This document shows, piece after piece, positions 28,252 through 38,705 of a stretch of 64,000 nt of DNA. Source of the stretch: a virus; the IMG/VR virus record IMGVR_UViG_3300035682_000004. One strand, 5' to 3'. How positions within the stretch are numbered: the first letter of the stretch is position 1; every line of letters begins with the position of its first letter. Below the pieces are notes generated by a model, which worked only from the letters and a program-made list of their open reading frames with translations, made no database searches and was not told the origin of the DNA. The translations under genes and the position numbers were made by a program.

Positions 28252-29256
28252 ATGGGCGCTTACAAACAATTTTTAGCATCTGATATCGTAGTAACTCCCT
28301 TCGAAGTGAATAAAGCATTCAACTTCGAGGGAGCGGCCGCATTAACTGCTTCTGGTGTTGGAATTGATAGATTTTTAGGTACAAATATAACAGGTACTTT
28401 TAATCCAACTACAGCTCCTACAACAGGACAAATATCAACTCAATATCAAAGTTTAATTTATAATTCAATTCAAGAATTATATTATTCAAATTACTTAAGT
28501 TCAAGTTATGGTGATAACGTAGCTACAGCTAGTTTAATTCCTGGAGCAGACACAGCCGGAGATAGATATGTAGGTATTACTCAAACACCTAACTATTTTA
28601 ATTATTTACAAACTACTTTATCATATCCAAAATATTTTCCTACAGCGTCTGATGATATTATTGGTGTCATATCTATCCCATCTCGTTTATTTGGAGATTA
28701 TATCCAGCCTAAATCATTTACATTTACAGCTCCTAGTGGTAGTTTAAGAGATGATGGTGAAGGTAATATATTAGATGAAACAGATGATATTGTAGGAAAT
28801 ATATTTTACTATCATGGTTTAATCACAATAGTATCAGAACAAGCAGCTGGTTATGGATTTGTAACTTATGGTACTGCTATTTATGGCGGTGCTACAGGAG
28901 ATAATGATTCTATATTAAATTATATAACAGCATCTAATATAACTTGTTCATTTTCTAGTTCATATAAAATATATGAAACACAATATAAATGTACAATGAG
29001 AGAAAATGAATTTAATTTTTCTCAAAACCCAAGTTTATCCTCAGGTAGTACATTAATATCAAGCTCAATGGGTACTTTCTTTACCCCAGGACAATATTTA
29101 ACAGATAACGTAACAGGTTCTTATTTTTCACCTTATGTTACAACAGTAGGTTTATATGATGAAAATCAAAACTTATTAGCAGTAGGAAAACTATCTCAAC
29201 CCCTACCCGTATCACCTACTACAGATACAACAATATTAATTAATTTAGACAGATAA
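28252..29256 (+). CDS. Tail-collar/fibre-attachment-like protein, paralog of the preceding gene
   Basis: YVTTVGLYDE..NLLAVGKLSQP and EFNxSxNPS shared. Confidence 0.6.
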   Translation: MGAYKQFLASDIVVTPFEVNKAFNFEGAAALTASGVGIDRFLGTNITGTFNPTTAPTTGQISTQYQSLIYNSIQELYYSNYLSSSYGDNVATASLIPGADTAGDRYVGITQTPNYFNYLQTTLSYPKYFPTASDDIIGVISIPSRLFGDYIQPKSFTFTAPSGSLRDDGEGNILDETDDIVGNIFYYHGLITIVSEQAAGYGFVTYGTAIYGGATGDNDSILNYITASNITCSFSSSYKIYETQYKCTMRENEFNFSQNPSLSSGSTLISSSMGTFFTPGQYLTDNVTGSYFSPYVTTVGLYDENQNLLAVGKLSQPLPVSPTTDTTILINLDR

Positions 29257-29714
29257 TGTTAACATTACCAACTTGGGTTTACAATAGTAAGCCCATCACT
29301 AACCTTAACGATTTTCCTAAAGACACATTCGGATTTATTTATATTGTTAAAAATAACGATACTAATAAATCTTATATAGGTAAAAAAGTATTATACCATA
29401 ATAAAAAAGTAAAATTAGGTAAAAAAGAAGTAGCCGAACTAACTGGTGTTGGCCGTAAACCAACTACTAAAATAGTAACTAAAGAATCAGATTGGGAAAC
29501 ATATTACGGTTCTAATAAAGAAGTAATGCAATTAATTAAAGATGGTAAACAAGATTTGTTTACTCGTACTATAATTAAATTAGCTCCTAATAAAAAATTA
29601 CTAACTTACTACGAAACACAAGCACTATTTACCTATAAAGTACTAGAACAACCAGAATCATTCTACAATGATAACATATTAGGTAAGTTCTTTACTAAGG
29701 ATTTTATATCTTAA
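29256..29714 (+). CDS. GIY-YIG endonuclease (T4 EndoII/Seg-like)
   Basis: FGFIYIV....KSYIGKK, DW..YYGS, YNDNI. Confidence 0.85.
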   Translation: MLTLPTWVYNSKPITNLNDFPKDTFGFIYIVKNNDTNKSYIGKKVLYHNKKVKLGKKEVAELTGVGRKPTTKIVTKESDWETYYGSNKEVMQLIKDGKQDLFTRTIIKLAPNKKLLTYYETQALFTYKVLEQPESFYNDNILGKFFTKDFIS

Positions 29715-29749
29715 TTAATTTTACAGGTATTTATAATAAAATTATTAAA

Positions 29750-29989
29750 ATGAAAGACATTACAAGAATGCAACAATTAGCTGGTATAATTAAAGAAGAG
29801 CCAGAATCAGTTGACAGCACCTTGTTTAAACTTAAACAAGAATTCATGCCCGCTTTTGAACAATATGTTGATTTATATGAAATAGAAGTATTTGAAAATC
29901 CTAAAGACGATGAATATCAAAAAATACAAGAAGAATTCGCTAAACAATTAAAAGAAGTATTGTTTACATTACAACATGGAGAATTTTAA
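29750..29989 (+). CDS. Putative internal head protein, RMQQLAGII tag
   Basis: Leader matches the scaffold C-terminus; late promoter. Confidence 0.65.
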   Translation: MKDITRMQQLAGIIKEEPESVDSTLFKLKQEFMPAFEQYVDLYEIEVFENPKDDEYQKIQEEFAKQLKEVLFTLQHGEF

Positions 29990-30010
29990 AATATAAAATT
30001 ATATTAAGTT

Positions 30011-30035
30011 AAGCTTGGGAAACCAAGCTTTTTTT
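30011..30035 (+). terminator. Intrinsic terminator, overlapping a CTTG promoter variant for primase
   Basis: aagcttgg-gaaa-ccaagctt followed by a T-run. Confidence 0.8.
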
Positions 30036-30050
30036 GTTATAGTACAAGGT

Positions 30051-30980
30051 ATGGTAAATCAACTACTTGTAAATTTAGTAAACTCGGTTTTAGGCATTAG
30101 TAAATCTACATCAAAAGGCAACTACGCATATCATTGTCCTTTTTGTAATCACCATAAACCTAAGTTAGAAATCAATTTTACTGAATCAGATAAAAGTGAA
30201 AATCCATGGCATTGTTGGAGTTGTAATAAAAAAGGTAAATCATTAATTAATCTATTTAAAGCAATACATGCCGATCCTGATAAGTTAGCAGAACTAAGAC
30301 CATTAGTTAAGTACACATCAGGTGAAAAAATAGTACAAACTACAACTATTTTAAAATTACCTCAAGAATTTAAACCATTAGCTAATATATCTGATAGTAA
30401 TATCATAGGTAAACATGCTTTAAATTATATTAAAAAACGAGGTATAACAGAAGACGATATATTAAAATATAATATAGGTTATTGTGAGGGTGGTAAATTT
30501 AATAAAATGATTATTTTACCATCATATGATGCTACAGGTAAATTAAATTATTTTACTGCTCGTAATTTTGATAAAACATCAAGCCTTAAATATAAGAATC
30601 CAGATGTGTCACGTAACGTTATACCATTCGAACTGTTTATAAACTGGAATACACCGATTATACTGTGCGAAGGAATGTTTGACGCCATTGCTATTAAACG
30701 AAATGTTATACCGTTATTAGGCAAGAATATACAGTCTACGTTGATGTTAAAGCTAGTAGCATCATCAGTTAAGAAAATTTACGTAGCTTTAGATAGAGAC
30801 GCATTAAGAGAAGCATTACAATTTTGTGAACAATTAATAAATGAAGGCAAAGAAGTATATTTAGTAGATTTAGATGGTAAAGATCCAAGCGAATTAGGAT
30901 TTAGACATTTTACTGAATTGATACAGAACACCTATCCCCTAACCTTCTCAGGCTTACTTGAGAAAAAATTATCATTATGA
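30051..30980 (+). CDS. DNA primase (Zn finger plus TOPRIM)
   Basis: CPFC...HCWSC, LCEGMFDA, ALDRD, KDPSE; start corrected to ATG 30051. Confidence 0.9.
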   Translation: MVNQLLVNLVNSVLGISKSTSKGNYAYHCPFCNHHKPKLEINFTESDKSENPWHCWSCNKKGKSLINLFKAIHADPDKLAELRPLVKYTSGEKIVQTTTILKLPQEFKPLANISDSNIIGKHALNYIKKRGITEDDILKYNIGYCEGGKFNKMIILPSYDATGKLNYFTARNFDKTSSLKYKNPDVSRNVIPFELFINWNTPIILCEGMFDAIAIKRNVIPLLGKNIQSTLMLKLVASSVKKIYVALDRDALREALQFCEQLINEGKEVYLVDLDGKDPSELGFRHFTELIQNTYPLTFSGLLEKKLSL

Positions 30981-31765
30981 TAGAAAAAAATGTAAACATT
31001 AACAAAAAACACGTTAAACGTATTTTAGAAGCGGATGTAGATTCTAAACGAGTTAATATATTAGACAGTAGATTCTATAGTAGAAATGGAAATTATTATC
31101 CATCTGTTACTAATATATTGCAATTTATGCCAAAAAATAAATATTTTGAAAACTGGCTTAAAGATGTAGGACATAACGCAGATATTATTGCTCGTAGAGC
31201 AGCTGAAGAAGGTACTCAAGTACATGACGCTGCTGAAAGATATCTTAAAGGTGAAAAACTACAATGGTTTGATGAGAACGGAACATCTATTTATTCATTA
31301 GATGTATGGAAAATGATTTTAAAATTCCATGATTTTTGGAATACTTATAAACCAACATTAGTAGAAAGCGAAATCCATTTATTTTCAGATCAATTCATAT
31401 ACGCTGGTACTTGCGATTTAGTACTTGAAATTAATGGTGAAAAATGGATGGTAGATATTAAAACATCAAAATCATTACATACAAGTCAAGAATTACAATT
31501 AGCTGCTTACTCACAAGCGTGGAATGAAAATTTTGAAGAAAAAATAGAACGCGCAGGTATATTATGGTTAAAGTCAGCTAAACACGGTCCTGATAAAAAC
31601 AATAAAAAAATCCAAGGTAAAGGTTGGGAATTAGCAGAATCTGAGCGTAGCATTGAAGATAATTTAACATTATTTCATTCAATTCATAATTTATTTAAAT
31701 TAGAAAATCCAAATCCTCGCCCATCATCTGAACAGTATCCTACAGAAATTCAAATAGGAGTATAA
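30977..31765 (+). CDS. PD-(D/E)XK exonuclease
   Basis: YPSVT, GT.VH, E, AGTCD, DIKTS, QLAAY. Confidence 0.85.
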   Translation: MIEKNVNINKKHVKRILEADVDSKRVNILDSRFYSRNGNYYPSVTNILQFMPKNKYFENWLKDVGHNADIIARRAAEEGTQVHDAAERYLKGEKLQWFDENGTSIYSLDVWKMILKFHDFWNTYKPTLVESEIHLFSDQFIYAGTCDLVLEINGEKWMVDIKTSKSLHTSQELQLAAYSQAWNENFEEKIERAGILWLKSAKHGPDKNNKKIQGKGWELAESERSIEDNLTLFHSIHNLFKLENPNPRPSSEQYPTEIQIGV

Positions 31766-31793
31766 GTATTAATATTTATATATAAACATTAAG

Positions 31794-32774
31794 ATGATTT
31801 CTTTAATTGAGCTTTTAAAATCAATAACTTTAGAAGGTGGCAACGTATTTGGCACCACCTCACGTATTAAAAAGGAATATGTTCAACCAACTCTTAAAAA
31901 ATTTACCGCTGAATTAAGTAAAATATATCCAAAAGTAAAATTTAACTTTAATACTTTAGGATCAGCAGGCAAAAGCGAGGATTCAGGTGATATTGATTTA
32001 GGTATGAGTAGTGATCAATTTATAGATGAAAACGGTAATCCATTATTATCTAATTGGGGTATTGATAAAGTTGAATTTAATAGGTTATATGAAAAAATCA
32101 GAAAAAATGCAAAATCTGCAAAAGAAGCTCAAAGTAAATTAAGAGCTATGTTAGAATTAATAGCTATTGATATTGAAAAGAAATCAGATTATATAGATAC
32201 TAATTTAAAATCAGCGGGTAATGGCTCAATATTTTGCAATTTTCCTCAATATAATGAAAAAGGAGAAATACTTAATGATAAAGCAGTACAAATAGATATT
32301 AATGTAGGTGATTTAGATTGGTTAAATTTTAGTTACTATTCTAATACTATTAAAGATAATGTAAAAGGTTTACATAGAACTCAATTAATGGTAGCTATGT
32401 TTAAAGTATTAGATAAAATTTTTAGTCATGGTGTTGGTGTTAAAGATAAAACAACAAAAGAAATAGTAGCAACTAATCCTCAAGAAGCATTAGCTATATT
32501 AAATCAAGGATTTGGACTTAATTTATCTCAAGATGTATTAAATGATTATTTTGAATTAATGGAGGTTTTAAGACAAAGTGTTGAAAATAAAAAATTATCT
32601 GAAAAGACATTTAATCAAATATTAGATGTATATTTAAAAATATTAGACTCAACTAATAGAGCTGATATTCCTTTAGATCTTCAAGAATACTGGATTGCTA
32701 ATCAAAAGCGTTTAGATCTTAAAGGTAAATTACTACCAAAGGATTCTAACTTAATTAAATATAAAATAGCATAA
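31794..32774 (+). CDS. Pol-beta-superfamily nucleotidyltransferase with head-cargo leader
   Basis: LGSAGK..DSGDIDL...VQID; leader MISLIELLKSITLE. Confidence 0.75.
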   Translation: MISLIELLKSITLEGGNVFGTTSRIKKEYVQPTLKKFTAELSKIYPKVKFNFNTLGSAGKSEDSGDIDLGMSSDQFIDENGNPLLSNWGIDKVEFNRLYEKIRKNAKSAKEAQSKLRAMLELIAIDIEKKSDYIDTNLKSAGNGSIFCNFPQYNEKGEILNDKAVQIDINVGDLDWLNFSYYSNTIKDNVKGLHRTQLMVAMFKVLDKIFSHGVGVKDKTTKEIVATNPQEALAILNQGFGLNLSQDVLNDYFELMEVLRQSVENKKLSEKTFNQILDVYLKILDSTNRADIPLDLQEYWIANQKRLDLKGKLLPKDSNLIKYKIA

Positions 32775-35248
32775 TGTCAGGTTCAGCAGGTGGAAATAGA
32801 ATATCTAGGGCGGCGGTAGAAAAAACTGTTCAGGATTATATAGACAATGTATTATCTAAATTCCCTGGATTTAAGGACGCTAAGGCAACTGGTTCTTATA
32901 ACACAGGGACTAAACAAGATTTTGGTGATATTGATTTAATTGTTCATTTAGATAGTAAAGATAAAAAATTAGTTAAACAAGATTTAGCTAAATATTTTGC
33001 TTCTTTGCCCGATTCAGTTATTGTACCTTTTAAAAGTGATAAATATAAAGGAAAAAAATCACTTAGTAGTGGTGAATTAGTAACTGTATTATATCCTATA
33101 AGTGGTGTACCTGATGAATTTGTTCAAATAGATAACATTGTTTCTATTAGTGAAGAAGAATCAACATTTAAAAATACATTCTTAGACTACCCAGCTGAAG
33201 TACAAGGTTTACTTTTAGGTTTAGCTAAAGTAATTTGTTTAGAAGAAGATCCTAAAAAAATATTCGCTAGATTAGGTATTACTAATGTACCTGAACTTGA
33301 AGCAAATCAAGAATATGAATTCAATTTATCAAGCGCTGGATTAACATTACGTATAGTAACATTAGATAATTTTAAAGAACTTGATAGAACTGAGGTTTGG
33401 AAATCTTCAAATTGGAGTGTTGTTAAAAAATTATTCGACAATTACAATATAGATGGTGATTTTAAAACATTATTACAAGATTTAAAATCTAAATTAAAAA
33501 ACGAACGTTCTAAAAATAGAATAAAAGGTATATTTAAATCAATGGTATCTATTAAAAGTGGAGAAGTTGATACACCTAAAGGTGATAATAAACAAGCAGC
33601 ATTAGATGCTGTTAGTAGTTTATTAGAAAATAAATTATTTAAAGGATTAGTTAGAGAATTAATCTTGCCTTTAATTGAAGCAGATTCAAAGAAAACAGTA
33701 GCAATTTATCCAGGTGGTTTTAAACCACCTCATAAAGGTCATTTTAAAGCTGTTAAAATAGTATTAGAAAAATTTCCACAAATAAATAAATTTATTATTT
33801 ATGTCGGATCAGGAACAAGAAATGGAATTACTTCACTTGAATCAAAAGATATTTGGGAAATCTATGAAAAATATTTACCTTCAAACATAGAAATACAATT
33901 AACTAGTTCACCAGTTAAAGCAACTTATAAGTATGCTGAGACTCATCCTGATGAACATATAATATGGGTTGAAGGAGTTCGCCCAAACAATAGTAAAGAT
34001 TTAGCAGACATAGCGTCAAAAACAGGAGCTATAAGTGATTATAAAAATATTGAATTAGCTATTATTGATACTCAATTAGATGAAAGTGGAACAGACGCTC
34101 GTCAAGCATTAAAAAAAGGACAAGAAGCATTTTTGCCTTTTATTCCTGAAGAAGTAAAAGAAAAAACAAAAATATTTAATACTTTATCTAAAGTAGTTAC
34201 AGAACTAGTAACAAACACAAAAGTTATTTGTGATAAATGTGGTTGGACCTGGAAAATAGCTGATGGAGGTAAAGATTTATATATATGTCATAACAAATTA
34301 CCAGATGGTAGTATATGTGAACATGATAATAATCCTAATTTAAATGAAGGAACTTGTGATTATGATACAGATGTTAAAACAGGTAAAAAATTAGATACAC
34401 CTGGTGGATTAGAAGAAGGTAAGCAAGTTGGTCCTTTATATCACTACACATCAGCCGATGGATTAAAAGGCATCCTTCAGTCTAATAAAATAAATACCTC
34501 TGAAGAAAATTATTTAGGTAATGAATTATATTATATTTCATTTACTCGTAATAAAAATTTCTATAAAAAAGGATCTAATTTTGGAGTAAAAACAGATTAT
34601 AGAATTACATTAGATGGAGACAAATTATCTGACAAATATAAAATAACACCTTTTGCCTACAGACCGGGATGGAACTATGAAGACAATTGGGAATATAATT
34701 GGTTAGAAGATGAACCTGAAAGTGTAGTAAGAGATTTCTTTAATAATACTGGTGATTATGATGAACAAGAAGAAAGAATATCTTTTAAAGGTCCTGAAGA
34801 TGGAATTGATAACATAAAAAATTATATCTTAGCTGTTAATAAAGTAGAAGATTTAAAAGAAGGTAAAGAAAATAATGACTATAAAAAATATATTCCTGGA
34901 TTAACTAAATATATGATTGATCAAGGAATGAATATTAAACCATTACCTGTTGTTAAATTTATTAACAATGATAAAGCTAATGCTGAAAACGTATTTGGTA
35001 AAACAGCATTTTACAACCCAGAAGAAAAATCAATTACTTTATTTACTATGAATAGACATCCTAAAGATGTTTTACGTTCATTTTCACATGAAATGGTACA
35101 TCATATGCAAAATTTAGAAAATAGATTAAATAATATTAACACTACTAATACAAACGAAGACGGAGATTTACCTGAAATTGAAGAAGAAGCTTACAAATTA
35201 GGAAATATGATGTTACGTACATATGAAGACAGTAAAAAAAATAAATAA
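32774..35248 (+). CDS. Multidomain polyprotein: NTase, HxGH nucleotidylyltransferase, Zn finger, ART-like domain and zincin
   Basis: GSY..DFGDID..VQID; PGGFKPPHKGH; CDKC..C..C; LYHYT..ISFTR..EQEE; HEMVH. Confidence 0.7.
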   Translation: MSGSAGGNRISRAAVEKTVQDYIDNVLSKFPGFKDAKATGSYNTGTKQDFGDIDLIVHLDSKDKKLVKQDLAKYFASLPDSVIVPFKSDKYKGKKSLSSGELVTVLYPISGVPDEFVQIDNIVSISEEESTFKNTFLDYPAEVQGLLLGLAKVICLEEDPKKIFARLGITNVPELEANQEYEFNLSSAGLTLRIVTLDNFKELDRTEVWKSSNWSVVKKLFDNYNIDGDFKTLLQDLKSKLKNERSKNRIKGIFKSMVSIKSGEVDTPKGDNKQAALDAVSSLLENKLFKGLVRELILPLIEADSKKTVAIYPGGFKPPHKGHFKAVKIVLEKFPQINKFIIYVGSGTRNGITSLESKDIWEIYEKYLPSNIEIQLTSSPVKATYKYAETHPDEHIIWVEGVRPNNSKDLADIASKTGAISDYKNIELAIIDTQLDESGTDARQALKKGQEAFLPFIPEEVKEKTKIFNTLSKVVTELVTNTKVICDKCGWTWKIADGGKDLYICHNKLPDGSICEHDNNPNLNEGTCDYDTDVKTGKKLDTPGGLEEGKQVGPLYHYTSADGLKGILQSNKINTSEENYLGNELYYISFTRNKNFYKKGSNFGVKTDYRITLDGDKLSDKYKITPFAYRPGWNYEDNWEYNWLEDEPESVVRDFFNNTGDYDEQEERISFKGPEDGIDNIKNYILAVNKVEDLKEGKENNDYKKYIPGLTKYMIDQGMNIKPLPVVKFINNDKANAENVFGKTAFYNPEEKSITLFTMNRHPKDVLRSFSHEMVHHMQNLENRLNNINTTNTNEDGDLPEIEEEAYKLGNMMLRTYEDSKKNK

Positions 35249-35267
35249 AACAAAATAAAAAGATAAT

Positions 35268-35663
35268 ATGAAAAAATTAATTGACCTTTTAAGAGAAAAT
35301 TTGGAAGAAAAAACAATGGAAGTAAAAGAAGTTATCACTAAAGACTACGATGTGGTTGATGAAGTAGGTAAATTCTTTGTTGTTATTAAACCAGACACTA
35401 AATCAACTAAAGAAAATATTTTATTTGATGCTGATGCATTCAAATTTGCTGATAAAATTAAAGGCGGATTAAAATTTGAAAATGTATTAGGTATGTTCAA
35501 AAATAAATCAGACGCTAGTAGAACAGCAACTGAAGCTTTAAAAGCTCGTGATACCCAAATTGATGACTTAAAAACATCAATGGATGAATTTAGAACATCT
35601 AGAGAGGATATTAAAACTAAAAAAGAAAAAGCTCAAGAATTAATTAAAAAATTACAGCAGTAA
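35268..35663 (+). CDS. Putative head cargo protein (MKKLIDLLRE leader)
   Basis: Leader family. Confidence 0.6.
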   Translation: MKKLIDLLRENLEEKTMEVKEVITKDYDVVDEVGKFFVVIKPDTKSTKENILFDADAFKFADKIKGGLKFENVLGMFKNKSDASRTATEALKARDTQIDDLKTSMDEFRTSREDIKTKKEKAQELIKKLQQ

Positions 35664-35664
35664 T

Positions 35665-36621
35665 ATGGCTTACAAATACAAATTAAGAGAAGCAGAAGCA
35701 GAAGCTACACCTTCAAATCGTGAACAAGTAGATTACGATATTATACTTACTCCTAAAGGTGTTTCTGTAGAAGATACAATTAAAGCTTTAGAAAATATAG
35801 ATAATTACGGAATATATATTTCTAATCTGAATAATAATGATCCAAAAATGAGAAAAGCAAAAGAGGCTTATTTTGGAACACCCGCTGAGCGTAGAGTAAA
35901 AGCGAATCAAGGTAAATTTCCTGAATTCACTAATTCATCTAATCTTGCTTTTATTAAAGCATTTAATAGTAAATCTACATTATTAAAATATAAAGCTAAA
36001 GATGATACTATTGTTTTCCCTAAATCAGGAAATCCATCTAAAAATTTAACTAAAAAAATGATTGATGTAGTAATGAAAAATGCTAAAATTGATTATTCAG
36101 TAGCTGATAAGGAAGCAGTAGATGAAGCAATGGTAAATAAAGAAAATTTAAAAATTACAAGTCGTAAAGATAAAAACGACCCAAACGTCTTTTTAATCAA
36201 TATCGAATATCCATCTGGTCCTGGATTTTCAACTGCTTTAGGTTCTAAGACTATGTCAGGTCAAGAAAGCGAAAAAGGTGCTAAATTAGCATTAGAAAAA
36301 GGTAATAAGATTGTTGATAAATTATCAACAAAATACAATATTGAGGATCATGATATAAATGATTTAAAAAATGGTACAGTACAAGTATACATTAGATCAA
36401 ATGATTTTGCTAAAATGTCTTCACCTTCAATTGATGAAACTAAAAATGATGAAATAGATCCAGACTCTGAAGAAGCAAAAGTATATTTTATGCAACAATT
36501 TAAATTAGGTAATATTGAAAAAATACCTGATAATCCTAAAGCAGAATACATGAAAATCAAAATGACTAAAGAAGAATTAAAAGAAGTCATTAGAGAACAA
36601 ATAAAAAGTCTAATAAAATAA
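35665..36621 (+). CDS. Putative modular head protein
   Basis: LRE/VDE/IDE junctions; C-terminal MTKEELKEVIREQI. Confidence 0.6.
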   Translation: MAYKYKLREAEAEATPSNREQVDYDIILTPKGVSVEDTIKALENIDNYGIYISNLNNNDPKMRKAKEAYFGTPAERRVKANQGKFPEFTNSSNLAFIKAFNSKSTLLKYKAKDDTIVFPKSGNPSKNLTKKMIDVVMKNAKIDYSVADKEAVDEAMVNKENLKITSRKDKNDPNVFLINIEYPSGPGFSTALGSKTMSGQESEKGAKLALEKGNKIVDKLSTKYNIEDHDINDLKNGTVQVYIRSNDFAKMSSPSIDETKNDEIDPDSEEAKVYFMQQFKLGNIEKIPDNPKAEYMKIKMTKEELKEVIREQIKSLIK

Positions 36622-36624
36622 TAA

Positions 36625-37194
36625 ATGTCAGAATCAGTTTTAAAAAAAGAATTTAAAGAAAAAGATGTACAACGTCTTCGTAATTTAGTTCAAGGTAAAT
36701 ATGGTGAAAAAACTAGTACTAGTATTGGTTTTACCAAACAACAAGAGTTTCATAATGAAGGAGATGTATGGGAAGAAGATGGTCGTAAATGGACCATTAA
36801 AAATGGTATAAAACAAAATGTTACAAAATTGGATAAAGCAAAAGCTCAAATCCATTTACCATTATTTTGCCCTGAATGTTCTCAAGTAATGAAACATCGT
36901 TATGATAAACAGTTTTATATTCAATATAACAGATGCTTTAACTGCCAGATAGAATTTGAAGGTACAATAAAAGCAAAAGGATTATGGGTTGAATATGAAA
37001 AAAATATATTAAATTCTGATATTGATAGTATAATTAAAGATTTTAATATTTGGATTGATGAAAAAATAGATACCAAAATGGAATCTTATATTACAGAGGC
37101 AGGAGATGTGGAATCATGGAATGGCTCAGATAAAGCACAATTATTAAAGAATAAAGAACAAACAATAGAATACCTACAAAGTTTAAAAAAGTAA
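36625..37194 (+). CDS. Conserved Zn-finger protein
   Basis: CPEC...CFNC; EGDVWEE.GRKWTIKNG. Confidence 0.7.
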   Translation: MSESVLKKEFKEKDVQRLRNLVQGKYGEKTSTSIGFTKQQEFHNEGDVWEEDGRKWTIKNGIKQNVTKLDKAKAQIHLPLFCPECSQVMKHRYDKQFYIQYNRCFNCQIEFEGTIKAKGLWVEYEKNILNSDIDSIIKDFNIWIDEKIDTKMESYITEAGDVESWNGSDKAQLLKNKEQTIEYLQSLKK

Positions 37195-37799
37195 TGGATA
37201 TAATAACGGCAGTGATAGTTGCATTTATAACAGCGGTAATAGGACCAATAGCAATGACATGGGTTAAAAATAAATTAGAGAGAAAAAAGCAAGACCCATT
37301 AGCTGAGGCTATTGAACATAATGCATTAATCGACCATCAAGTTGATAATTTATTTGATCAATTAAATTGTGATCGTGTATGGATATCACAATTCCATAAT
37401 GGTGGGCATTTATATCCTACAGGTAAATCATTACAAAAATTCTCAATATTATATGAAAAAGTAGGTATTGATGTAGCATCTGTTAAAGAAGTATACCAAA
37501 ATATTCCCACATCATTATTTAGTAAAGCATTTTCTACATTATATAAAGAAGGTGAAATTACATTACCTCATTATGATATTGATAAAGCTCAAAATTTATT
37601 CCCAGTAGATAAAACATGTGGTACTAAATCATTTTACGCTCTTGCTATATATGATTTGCATGACCAGTTTATAGGTGTGTTAGTTATTGATTATGTTAAT
37701 CAAGGTCATGTATTAACGCTAGAAGAATGGATATTTATAAGACAGAAGGTAGGTGCTATAGGTACACTACTAAGTAATTATTTAAAAAATAAAAAATAA
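37194..37799 (+). CDS. Single-TM plus GAF-like protein (T4 holin T-like architecture)
   Basis: N-terminal TM; DRVWISQFHNG...KSFYALAI.....IGVLVIDY. Confidence 0.55.
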   Translation: MDIITAVIVAFITAVIGPIAMTWVKNKLERKKQDPLAEAIEHNALIDHQVDNLFDQLNCDRVWISQFHNGGHLYPTGKSLQKFSILYEKVGIDVASVKEVYQNIPTSLFSKAFSTLYKEGEITLPHYDIDKAQNLFPVDKTCGTKSFYALAIYDLHDQFIGVLVIDYVNQGHVLTLEEWIFIRQKVGAIGTLLSNYLKNKK

Positions 37800-38008
37800 T
37801 GAGTACTTTTAATACATATAAATACTTTAACAACCGTCGTTTAGTTGAAAATAATGAGATGATGGAAGAAGATATATTAAATCCTGTAATTAAATTTGAT
37901 GTTAGTGAAAAACTGTACAAAATATTAAAGGATAATCCTGATTTATTAGATAATGATAAATTTTATTCACAATTTCACTACAGAATTAATGATCTATTAA
38001 GCAAATAA
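37799..38008 (+). CDS. Small hypothetical protein (MSTFNTYKY leader)
   Basis: Coupled ORF. Confidence 0.6.
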   Translation: MSTFNTYKYFNNRRLVENNEMMEEDILNPVIKFDVSEKLYKILKDNPDLLDNDKFYSQFHYRINDLLSK

Positions 38009-38009
38009 C

Positions 38010-38396
38010 ATGAGCATAATTAAAGAAGACGCTTTTGAAGATGTAGCGCGTGAAAACTTAAAATTAATTCCAAAACTAATTAATCCTTCTAATCAAGGTA
38101 ATGTTAAGAATTTATTAAAAGGTAAAGATCTTAATTCATTATCTGCGAAAAATGATTTTGTTCTTATTAATAAAATATATAATATTATTAAACCTAAACC
38201 TAAACAAAATAACTTAAAAGAGCGCATTGATAATATATTAAATGAAATATTAACTGAAAAACTTTGCCCTAAAGGCGAAGCATATCGTCAACGTAGACTT
38301 GCAGCTGGCGAAAAATCTTCAGCTTATTTATCAGGACGTGGTATTAAAGTTTGTAAAGGCTTAATGTCAGGTAAGAAAAAGAAAAAGAAAAAATAA
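38010..38396 (+). CDS. Basic protein with C..G/SAY.SG..VC module
   Basis: LTE|KLCPKG...SSAYLSGRGIKVCKG, K-rich tail. Confidence 0.65.
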   Translation: MSIIKEDAFEDVARENLKLIPKLINPSNQGNVKNLLKGKDLNSLSAKNDFVLINKIYNIIKPKPKQNNLKERIDNILNEILTEKLCPKGEAYRQRRLAAGEKSSAYLSGRGIKVCKGLMSGKKKKKKK

Positions 38397-38674
38397 TGGA
38401 TAATAATCGCTTAAAAGAATTAGTATCTGAATCATTATACGACTGGTTTAAAAAAGAAAAATGGGTCCGTATAAATACTCAAGGTAAGATCGCAGGTGAC
38501 TGTGGTACAATGCCTAAAGGTAAAGCAACACAACGTTGTTTACCATCAGCTAAAGCTAAAAGCTTAACTAAAGCTGAACGTGCTGCAACAACACGCAAAA
38601 AAATTGAGGGAGATAAAAAAGGTAAACAATTTGTACCTAACACAAAAAAAGCAAAAGTTAAGTTTAACAAATAA
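38396..38674 (+). CDS. Basic Cys-containing phage protein (SL.DWFK.EKWV)
   Basis: Module I recall from T4-like aquatic phages; not verified. Confidence 0.65.
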   Translation: MDNNRLKELVSESLYDWFKKEKWVRINTQGKIAGDCGTMPKGKATQRCLPSAKAKSLTKAERAATTRKKIEGDKKGKQFVPNTKKAKVKFNK

Positions 38675-38705
38675 TACATATTTATAATATATAACTATAT
38701 AAAAC

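Noticed and set aside
30977-31765. Cas4 call for the PD-(D/E)XK nuclease
   Set aside because: It lacks the four-Cys Fe-S arrangement and CRISPR context; its position beside primase fits a replication exonuclease.
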